A stretch of 39,001 bases of DNA, taken from sequence record SRR31156797_4554; one strand, given 5' to 3'. The notes below the pieces were generated by a model. It had not been told where the DNA came from and made no database searches. It saw only the letters and a program-made list of their open reading frames with translations. This document shows, piece by piece, positions 28,077 through 35,665 of this stretch; position 1 is the stretch's first letter, and every line of letters starts with the position of its first letter. The position numbers and the translations under genes are program-made.

Positions 28077-29012
28077 ATGAAGGAAATGGCAACGATACGC
28101 GATATAGCAAAAATCACTGGTTTTTCGATCACGACAGTCTCTCGTGTGATCAATGGCCATCCTTATGTCGATGAGCAAAAGCGAGCAGCGATTTTGGCGG
28201 TGATGGAAGAACTGGATTACAAACCGAATAAGATCGCCCAAAAGCTCAGCTCGGGGAAAACCTATAATATTGGGGTCATCGTGCCGTTTGTCAATCACGC
28301 CTTTTTTGATGGGATTCTAAATGGCATTATGGAAGAAGCCTTTGCTAAAAAATACAAAGTGACGTTATTGCCGACCAATTTTGATCGGAAATTGGAACTA
28401 GAATATCTAGAAGAATTCGCTGCAAAAGGGTTTGATGGGTTGATCGTCATTACCCGCGCAAATCATATCGAGACGTTTTATCCCTACATGGAAAAAGGAC
28501 CGATCGTTTTTTGTGAAAATTCGACCGGTACTGCTGTTCCTTTCGTTGCGATCGACTTGGTCGGCTCTGTGACAGCTAGTATCAATTATTTAAAAGAACA
28601 AGGCGTAAAACGTTTGGGACTGACGCTCGGGCGCAGCAAACGTCTTAGCTGCAATTCAGTCAATACCATCGCAAAAGCCAAGGAGCTGTTTCCTGCTTTT
28701 TCGGAAGCCGATATTTATTGGGATTGTATCAAAGCCCAAGACGGGATTTCCGCAGCAGCCTTTTTTAAAGAACGAGGAATCGATGGGGTGATCACAAATG
28801 GAGACGAAATCGCAGCAATGATTTTGAATCAATACTCCCACGGGACAGCACCCATCGTGATTGGACAAGAAAACCTGCTTATCAGTCAAATGCTGCATTT
28901 TTCTTCCGTTGAGTTTCATCTGAATCAGTGCGGCAAAGAAGCCTTTCGCTTGTTTCAAGAAAGAAAACAAGAACAGATCATTCTGCCTTATGAACTTATT
29001 ATTCGTGAATAA
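28077..29012 (+). CDS. LacI-family transcriptional regulator
   Basis: TIRDIAKITGFSITTVSRVING..YKPN HTH plus periplasmic-binding-type core. Alternative start at 28086. Confidence 0.93.
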   Translation: MKEMATIRDIAKITGFSITTVSRVINGHPYVDEQKRAAILAVMEELDYKPNKIAQKLSSGKTYNIGVIVPFVNHAFFDGILNGIMEEAFAKKYKVTLLPTNFDRKLELEYLEEFAAKGFDGLIVITRANHIETFYPYMEKGPIVFCENSTGTAVPFVAIDLVGSVTASINYLKEQGVKRLGLTLGRSKRLSCNSVNTIAKAKELFPAFSEADIYWDCIKAQDGISAAAFFKERGIDGVITNGDEIAAMILNQYSHGTAPIVIGQENLLISQMLHFSSVEFHLNQCGKEAFRLFQERKQEQIILPYELIIRE

Positions 29013-29027
29013 TCATTGTCAAAAAAA

Positions 29028-29058
29028 GAACACACCTTATTACGAGAGGTGTGTTTTT
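29028..29058 (+). terminator. Terminator after LacI
   Basis: AACACACCT-loop-AGGTGTGTTTTT. Confidence 0.75.
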
Positions 29059-29176
29059 GCCTGATTTTTAAAGGGAATTTGAGGAGATAAAATAAAAAAA
29101 TAAAGAAAAAATCAATTTTGAATGCTTGCTTTTCACAGAGTAAAGGGCTACCATTGGTCTGTGGCTTTTTCGCCAC

Positions 29177-29250
29177 AAAAATAGGAAACGTATCAGACAA
29201 GAGTACTTGGGGAAGATTCTCTTGGGGGAAGCCTGATACGTTTCCTTTTG
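29177..29250 (-). ncRNA. Candidate small RNA with C-rich (UCCCC) unpaired segments
   Basis: Perfect 14-bp stem (29183-96 / 29233-46) enclosing an inner CAAGAG/CUCUUG stem and two CUUCCCC(C)AAG repeats; U-tail on the minus strand. Confidence 0.45.
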
Positions 29251-29425
29251 TTCATTCTAACACTATTTATATATAAAGTAGAGAGATATTGAGTAGATAA
29301 ATAAAAATACTGCTGTAATTGATGAATAGGAAAAGAGCAAGCTCACAAAGGACTACTTTCAAATCGTTTTCCTACAACATGTTGGATGGCAAATGGCTCC
29401 TCATGTTTTGGTTAATAAAAGAGGA

Positions 29426-29614
29426 TCAACTAACTAATTGTGTGGCACCAACTAGAAAATTACATAGCTTAGCAACACCTGTTTCAGCTGTTTCTTTGAT
29501 TAGAACAGTTGCAGTATTTTCGTAAACATGAATCACACTAACTTCTTGTAAACCGGTAAAGCCAATAACATTTGCCTGATAGTTTTGACCAGGGAACACT
29601 TGGTATTTTTCCAT
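29426..29614 (-). CDS. Small hypothetical protein (62 aa, beta-rich)
   Basis: ATG with AAGGAGA SD; alternating hydrophobic pattern (EVSVIHVYENTATVLI) suggests a small SH3-like beta-barrel. Confidence 0.7.
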   Translation of the reverse strand: MEKYQVFPGQNYQANVIGFTGLQEVSVIHVYENTATVLIKETAETGVAKLCNFLVGATQLVS

Positions 29615-29878
29615 GTTTTTATCTCCTTCATTATTCTTATTTCAAAAGAATAATAATTAAAATTTAAGAAAAAGTAAAGTGAAACGATTTTTCATTCAAA
29701 AACATAGCCCTTTGGCGTTTGTCTCGAGTAGTTTCGATCTTTTTCTGCAATTTTTCATTATTTTTTTCAATAAATATGCGGTGGCTTATTGAACTTTATT
29801 CAAGAATATATGCCTCTTTTTTTAGCAGCAATCACAGATTTCATCTAAACGAATGGGAGAAAACAGCAGCTGAATTGT

Positions 29879-29907
29879 TTGTTTTGTACCGGATTGGGGC
29901 TTATAAT
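29879..29907 (+). promoter_or_regulatory. Sigma-A promoter for a small basic ORF
   Basis: TTGTTT-17 nt-TATAAT. Confidence 0.6.
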
Positions 29908-29969
29908 AAAAATAGGAAGAAGGATCGACGTCATCGCTTCCTAAATCAATTGAAAAGGGCGTGGAAGTT

Positions 29970-30107
29970 ATGGAAAACGTATACCGAAATAACTTTGTCA
30001 AAAGAACTATTCAACTGATGTTTGCACCAAAAAAAATCAGAAAGCGTCCACCAGAACAATGGATCAAAATGCCTACCGACCGAGGTATTCGGAGAAAGGA
30101 CGCGTGA
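29970..30107 (+). CDS. Small basic protein, 45 aa (MENVYRNNFVKRTIQLMFAPKKIRKRPPEQWIKMPTDRGIRRKDA)
   Basis: Translated by hand; AAAGGG SD-like sequence, own promoter and own terminator; shorter than any ORF in the track. Confidence 0.5.
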   Translation: MENVYRNNFVKRTIQLMFAPKKIRKRPPEQWIKMPTDRGIRRKDA

Positions 30108-30159
30108 TCCAGCATCTCGCAGCTATGCGTGAAATAGTATTTGAAGAGAAAAGAACGTT

Positions 30160-30190
30160 AGGAAGTCCCGAACGCGGGACTTCCTTTTTT
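30160..30190 (+). terminator. Rho-independent terminator
   Basis: AGGAAGTCCCG-aacg-CGGGACTTCCT-TTTTT. Confidence 0.85.
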
Positions 30191-30568
30191 GTGTCAGTGA
30201 CATTGGGAATTTAACGAGAAAGTAGTTGCCAGCAGGTTCTCTTGTGAAGGGCTCCTTTCAGAAAAGGATATAAAAGGAAGCTTGCACTTTTCCTAGCGCT
30301 CAATAGACGAACCGAAGAAATCAATAGATAGCAGTGTTAGTGGATAAAGGATCGAAAGGATTCTTTCCAGCTGTTTTCAATTTTAAATTGGGTTTTCCAA
30401 AAAGTATGATATTCAAAGTGGCGTTAGTCTACCTACGTGATCAGAATGGATGATTGATAAAAGAAGGGGAATATAAAAGCCACTTTTTTCGCACATAGAT
30501 TCTGTTAAAATAAACTTAGAGGTTCAAACCTGTAAAATAATCTTATAATTTTTAAAGAAGGTGAAAGC

Positions 30569-31093
30569 ATGGACTACCCAGAAATCGCAGGTCATTTCCA
30601 GACAACATCCTTTGATCCCCAACCGTTTGTGCAAACGGCGATCGATGATCGAAAGATAAGAGAGAGGCTAGTGGAGAATATCGTTGATGGTCAAAATCAT
30701 ATCAATGAGTATTTTAATAGTTATTTGATCATTAAAGAAGTAGCCGTTAAAAACCCTGAGCTGATTTATGATGAATGGGAACGGATCTGGGCCTTGCATA
30801 CCCATAAAAACTCCTATCATCGGTGGATCGCTCATGATTTGATCAGTCAACTTTTGGTGATTGATCATGAAGACAAGTTTGAAGGGATCAAGCAAGAGTA
30901 TGTACTGCTGCCTAAAGGAGAAAAAATTAGTAATTTCTTGAAGATGACTGAAAACATCAAGGAAGCCAGTCGATACAAAGACCTTCAGCAAGAGATTCAG
31001 CGTTTACTTGCGGATCAAGAATGGCTGTCCCACTTCAATGAAAAACAAGTGAAGCGTATTGAAAAAGTCCTTCAAACCCTTTTGGCTGAATGA
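30569..31093 (+). CDS. Hypothetical alpha-helical (HEAT/ARM-like) protein
   Basis: 174-aa ORF with AGAAGGTG SD and amphipathic helices; no catalytic motif recognised. Confidence 0.75.
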   Translation: MDYPEIAGHFQTTSFDPQPFVQTAIDDRKIRERLVENIVDGQNHINEYFNSYLIIKEVAVKNPELIYDEWERIWALHTHKNSYHRWIAHDLISQLLVIDHEDKFEGIKQEYVLLPKGEKISNFLKMTENIKEASRYKDLQQEIQRLLADQEWLSHFNEKQVKRIEKVLQTLLAE

Positions 31094-31337
31094 ATCAAGA
31101 AAAGCAATAAAACTTGTTTCAGAAGGAATTTTTCTACTATTTTTTCCCACTATTTTTCTTGATTACTAGGAATAGTAGTGAACAATGGGGAACACATTGC
31201 AATGATAGCTAACAATTATTTGCATGTATCGAATGCAAAATCTCCCTTAAGTCCTTGTAAGAAGCTAAGTGAAACTTTATACTAGAATGTAATACTTATT
31301 CAAAAAAAGGACAAATAAAATGAGGACATGAGCTTTT

Positions 31338-32645
31338 ATGAAGAAATATTGTAAGTATAATGTGCTGGAAGCGGCGATGACGCGCCTGGAATATATTTTT
31401 GATACCTTTCCCCATGTTTATTTCTCTTTCAGTGGTGGAAAAGATAGCGGTGCCATGATTCAGTTGGCTGACCAAGTCGCCCGACAAAAAAAGAAAACTT
31501 TTGATCTGCTGATTTTAGATATCGAGGCAAATTATGATGCTACGAGAACGTTCATGGAAAAAATCAAAGCGTTACCAACTATCAATCAAACCTTTCACTT
31601 CTGTTTGCCCTTTTACGAGGACAACAACACTAGCGTATTTCAGCCACAATGGCTGATGTGGGATGAACAAGAACGTGAGAAGTGGGTACAGATGATGCCA
31701 AAAGATGCGATTTCACTTGCTGATTTAGATGAATCATTGATGGAAATCTATCAGAGTGCAAATATGAATCCAGATAAGTTCTTACGAAACTTTGCTCACT
31801 GGTACGCAAACTATCATCAGTGTGAACCCGTTGCTTGTGGCGTTGGCATCCGAACACAGGAAAGTCTATACCGATATCGGTCGATCACTTCGCCAAAGTA
31901 TAACTTTCGGAAGCAATGCTGGATCAAACGGCAAGTAGCAGATTCCATGGTCGTCAATTTTTACCCCATCTATGATTGGAAGACAGAAGATGTCTGGGGC
32001 GCCTATGCCCATTTTGACTGGCCGATAAATGGCTTTTATGAAAAATTATATGATCATGGCGTTCCGATTCATCAAATGCGAATCTGTCAGCCTTATGGTA
32101 TGCAGCAACGAAAAGGCTTATATCAATATGCTCTGGTGGAACCGGAAACGTGGGAACGGGTCGTCAACCGCGTGTCAGGAGCCAATTTTGGTCGATTGTA
32201 TGCCCAGACGGGATTATTGGCGCATTACAATACGAGAAAGCCAAGTCATATGACTTGGCAAGAGTATGCGGTCTTTTTACTGGAATCAATTGGACTTTAT
32301 TCAAAGAAATTACAGGACCATTATTACCGCAAAATCACGATCTTGATTGATCATTATCGAGAAAAGCACGGAATCGAAGTGGAAGACATTCCCGATGTGA
32401 CCAAACGTAAGGAGTGGCTGAAAAACGAAGTACTCTGGCATGACTGGAAAGGGATCGCTCGTGCGTTAGAAAAAAATGATTTTTCTTTGAGCACGCGACA
32501 ATACAGTCTGACGAAAAAAGATGAGACGGAATTGTATGAGTTGGCGGTCGATTTTGGGGCGGCGTTGGGAATCGAGCATTTACCCAAGTATCAGTTAAAA
32601 AAATTGAATGCCAAATATGAGTATTTAACGAAAAAAATCACCTAA
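31338..32645 (+). CDS. ibrA: PAPS-reductase-like PP-loop protein with DUF3440 (IbrA/YbdN family)
   Basis: SFSGGKDS PP-loop, GIRTQES..R, YPIYDWKTEDVW, MRICQPYG..QRKGL, EPETW..VVNRVSGANFG, HYYRKI. Confidence 0.88.
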   Translation: MKKYCKYNVLEAAMTRLEYIFDTFPHVYFSFSGGKDSGAMIQLADQVARQKKKTFDLLILDIEANYDATRTFMEKIKALPTINQTFHFCLPFYEDNNTSVFQPQWLMWDEQEREKWVQMMPKDAISLADLDESLMEIYQSANMNPDKFLRNFAHWYANYHQCEPVACGVGIRTQESLYRYRSITSPKYNFRKQCWIKRQVADSMVVNFYPIYDWKTEDVWGAYAHFDWPINGFYEKLYDHGVPIHQMRICQPYGMQQRKGLYQYALVEPETWERVVNRVSGANFGRLYAQTGLLAHYNTRKPSHMTWQEYAVFLLESIGLYSKKLQDHYYRKITILIDHYREKHGIEVEDIPDVTKRKEWLKNEVLWHDWKGIARALEKNDFSLSTRQYSLTKKDETELYELAVDFGAALGIEHLPKYQLKKLNAKYEYLTKKIT

Positions 32646-32681
32646 CGATGGACGAATGTGTCCCTAGAGAGGAAGGGTTTT

Positions 32682-33173
32682 GTGAACGAACGATTGGTTT
32701 TATTTTTTCCACCGTATAAGAAAAGCCAATTCTATCAATTGATGGGGGCATTTTTTGCGGAACGGGTGTATCAGCAGCAATTTCCGTACTTAGTCAATGA
32801 TGAGAACTGCTACTGGTATGTGATTCTTGATGACGAAAAACGGGTGACCGCTTTTTCTTATTATGAAAAAGGCGTCAATAAAGTGGAGCTAGGGGAATTT
32901 TATGAAAAAGATCCAACTGCTCAATTTAAAAAGTTTCTTTTACGGAAAATGTTGGTGGATATCAGCCGCAATTACCCAGAAGCAGAGATTCTCGCTTCTA
33001 ATAACCAGCCTAGTGAAATTGCACTTTTGGAGTCAAAAGGGTTTGCGGTCTATCGACAAACAAAAAATTATTCATTTCTAAAAAGGAGTGTAGTACCTCA
33101 TGAGCGATATCGATTTTCCAGTGTTAGCGGCGAAGCTGATCCCAGTCAGCAAGATTCACGCGAATACGTATAA
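32682..33173 (+). CDS. Hypothetical protein with degenerate GNAT-like fold, between ibrA and ibrB
   Basis: GTG after AGGAAGG (ORF track start 32658). Pattern YWYVIL-VTAFSYY-VELGEFY-helix-ILAS-LLESKGF follows GNAT topology, but there is no R/QxxGxG motif. Confidence 0.65.
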   Translation: MNERLVLFFPPYKKSQFYQLMGAFFAERVYQQQFPYLVNDENCYWYVILDDEKRVTAFSYYEKGVNKVELGEFYEKDPTAQFKKFLLRKMLVDISRNYPEAEILASNNQPSEIALLESKGFAVYRQTKNYSFLKRSVVPHERYRFSSVSGEADPSQQDSREYV

Positions 33174-33633
33174 TCCCAACACCGTGGCTGCTCCAGAGAT
33201 GGATTTGCTGGAACTGTCGATTCGGGAAGATGGCTTTACGCAGCCACTGGTTTGTTACCACGATAAGGAGCAGGACAAGTATATTTTGATCGATGGGTTT
33301 CATCGGTATGTCGTAGCAAAAGACCGCCTGGCGTTGCCAAGCGTTCCGGTCACAGTGATCGATAAGCCTTTTGAGAATCGCATCGCTTCAACGATTCGCC
33401 ACAATCGAGCACGTGGTACCCATGGCATCGAGAAGATGGGAAACATCGTGCAGCAGTTGGTCGCTAACGAGTGGTCGGATGAACGAATTGCCAAGGAATT
33501 GGGGATGGACCGCGAAGAGGTCTTTCGCTTTAAGCAGCGCTCAGGCTTAAAAAGTGCCTTTTCCAACCATGAATTCAGCAAATCTTGGATTGAGTTTGAA
33601 AAAAGATACTATAAAGGCAAAAAAGAGACCTGA
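33100..33633 (+). CDS. ibrB: ParB/Srx-like domain protein with HTH (IbrB/YbdM family)
   Basis: NTYNPNTVAAPE, SIREDGFTQP, IDGFHRY, STIRHNRARG.H, IAKELGMD.EEV..FKQ, FSKSW; SD AAAGGAG. Confidence 0.9.
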   Translation: MSDIDFPVLAAKLIPVSKIHANTYNPNTVAAPEMDLLELSIREDGFTQPLVCYHDKEQDKYILIDGFHRYVVAKDRLALPSVPVTVIDKPFENRIASTIRHNRARGTHGIEKMGNIVQQLVANEWSDERIAKELGMDREEVFRFKQRSGLKSAFSNHEFSKSWIEFEKRYYKGKKET

Positions 33634-33684
33634 GAGGTTGAAAAAACTATCTAAAAAAGCTATCTATTAGAAGACAGCGATTCG

Positions 33685-33837
33685 TTAATAATTCTTTTTA
33701 AATTTTGAATAGGTGTTTTTTACAACGATAACGATCAGATTGATCACCATCGACAAACAAAGCGTCCCTAAGAGAATGGCCAGGATCACACCTAATGTGT
33801 CTCTTAGAAAGCTGAAGATCGCTTCAATGATAAACAT
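33685..33837 (-). CDS. Small single-pass membrane protein, 50 aa (MFIIEAIFSFLRDTLGVILAILLGTLCLSMVINLIVIVVKNTYSKFKKNY)
   Basis: Translated by hand; perfect SD AAAGGAGG, long hydrophobic helix, Lys-rich C-tail; absent from the ORF track. Confidence 0.7.
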   Translation of the reverse strand: MFIIEAIFSFLRDTLGVILAILLGTLCLSMVINLIVIVVKNTYSKFKKNY

Positions 33838-34340
33838 AGTTTTTCCTCCTTTTCTCATCGTCTATTTTTTCTGACAATTGCAAAAATAGGCTCCTTGAGC
33901 AATAACTGCCTGCTACTAAAAACATGATCGAACGGTTTTCAAGTCCAGCCTTTTTTGGTGATTGTTCTTTTCCAAAGTAGAGTATACATTGGAAAGGATG
34001 AAAGAACGTTTCTATTTTTTATAATCGGTAAAAAATTCTGAAATGTAAAGAACAACAGTGGCTTTTTTATCTCCTGCGGATAGTATGAATAATCGTACCA
34101 GTTTGCATAAAAAAAGTAAAATGATAACAAAAAGTGAGTGGCGAAACAAGAGGTAATCATCTGATTGAATAATAATAAGCGAAATGAAAAGCTATGCTGC
34201 ACAACGTCTGTAGAACAGAAAGAGGTTGTGCGGCTATTTGTTTTCACGCTGCTTCTTTGCTGCTAGAATAAATACTATCATTTTTTTTTTGAAGAATAAC
34301 TGCATAAAAATCGATCGTGATCAAACTGATTTTATAACAA

Positions 34341-35207
34341 TTACAGTAAGCGCATTTTTAACTCAAAGACAAACTTTTTTGTAATATTCGGGAAAAGTGT
34401 CAATGGTTGCTTTGACAGTAAGCCAATCGTCATGCGGAGATTCGGTAAAGGCAGTGATAAAATTTTTACTTGAGCGCATGTTTGATCAATGATCGAACGC
34501 GGGACTAGACCGCAGAAGCCTGTTTGTTCAATCAAATAAGGAATCGTCGTGCTGCTGCTGACATATTCCCATTGGAGCGAAGGTACACACTGGTCAAGGT
34601 AGCCCTCGATATTTCTAAGTGCAGGACAGTCACCGCCGGAACTGTATAGATGGATTCCTGTAAGGTCGGCTAATTCCTTAATGATCAATGGGTTCGTGAT
34701 CGAAGTGATGCAGCAGATTTCTTCTTGTAAAAGTTCTTCATAGACAAAGGAATCTTCGTGAGGAAGTGAGCATAACGCAAAATCAATACGATTTTCTTTT
34801 AATGCATCGGCTAATGCCAGCGTGGATCCCACCATGATCTCGAATTTTATTTTTGGGTATTGGTGGGAAAATACATGGAGAAGCTCCGGTAAAATCAACA
34901 TGTCATAAGGGGGGACGATGCCCATCCGTAAAGAATATTCGACTGTGTTCGAAGCATTGAGCAACTGTTCTTTGACCTCCTCCCACTGAGCGATCAGACC
35001 AGGAACCGCCTGTTTCAACAATTCACCTTCCAACGTGAGTACATTGCTTTTTCCTTCCAAAAATAACGCTACTTCTAACTCTTCTTCTAACTTTTTGATA
35101 TGGTTCGTAACCGTCGATTGGGCATAGTTTAATTTAGCAGCAGCTTTCGTAAACGTACCTTCTTCAACGATCGTTTTAAAGGAGTGCAGCTCTTTGATAA
35201 AATCCAC
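34341..35207 (-). CDS. LysR-family transcriptional regulator
   Basis: FKTIVEEGTFTKAAAKLNYAQSTVTNHIKKLEEEL HTH; IDFAL substrate-domain motif. Confidence 0.92.
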   Translation of the reverse strand: MDFIKELHSFKTIVEEGTFTKAAAKLNYAQSTVTNHIKKLEEELEVALFLEGKSNVLTLEGELLKQAVPGLIAQWEEVKEQLLNASNTVEYSLRMGIVPPYDMLILPELLHVFSHQYPKIKFEIMVGSTLALADALKENRIDFALCSLPHEDSFVYEELLQEEICCITSITNPLIIKELADLTGIHLYSSGGDCPALRNIEGYLDQCVPSLQWEYVSSSTTIPYLIEQTGFCGLVPRSIIDQTCAQVKILSLPLPNLRMTIGLLSKQPLTLFPNITKKFVFELKMRLL

Positions 35208-35618
35208 ATTGGTCCCCCTCTCTTTTTACCTATTATACAAAAAAGGAGCGGGGAGAAGATTTCTTTTTTTTCTAGTAAATAAAAAAAATAGATACAAAAG
35301 TTATTTAAAACATGCAGTCTGTTTTGATCGTATGTTTCTTTGCTTTTAAAATAACGCTTTTCACATTTGGTGCTAAGAGTAGCTGCTAAAATTTCTATCA
35401 TAAAAAATACACCAAACATCCCAACTTTTCAGGGATTACGAGCAGCACACGAAAACAAGACAATGAATTTTTACGCTGCGCTTGAAAAGAAAAGCGTTTG
35501 TTAGGAGAGGAATCTTGAAAAAAGGTCTGATTTTTTTCGGATGTGAAAAAAATAGACACGCTAAGAGAAAAGAAAAATGGATACTTAGGAAAGGACTAAA
35601 ATAGCAAACCATGCAATG

Positions 35619-35655
35619 AAAAAACTGACGGCGCTTCCTTCAAGAAGGCCGACAG
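35619..35655 (-). terminator. Terminator downstream of the Mga-type regulator
   Basis: Minus strand CTGTCGGCCTTC...GAAGCGCCGTCAG-TTTTTT imperfect hairpin. Confidence 0.6.
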
Positions 35656-35665
35656 TTGCCTTAGG

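Noticed and set aside
29719-30018. 99-aa ORF from the track
   Set aside because: No SD, and it spans a clear promoter; the 45-aa ORF in another frame fits the signals better.
31338-32645. Annotation as CysH (sulfate assimilation) or DndC
   Set aside because: The protein is longer, with DUF3440-type motifs and no C-terminal ECGLH; no cys or dndA/D/E genes are nearby.
33100-33633. Plasmid or chromosome partition ParB
   Set aside because: No ParA, rep gene or parS array; the motifs are IbrB/YbdM-specific.
33939-34247. 102-aa minus-strand ORF and a hairpin at about 34199-34231
   Set aside because: The ORF has AT-rich intergenic-like composition and no SD; the hairpin alone is insufficient evidence for an RNA gene.
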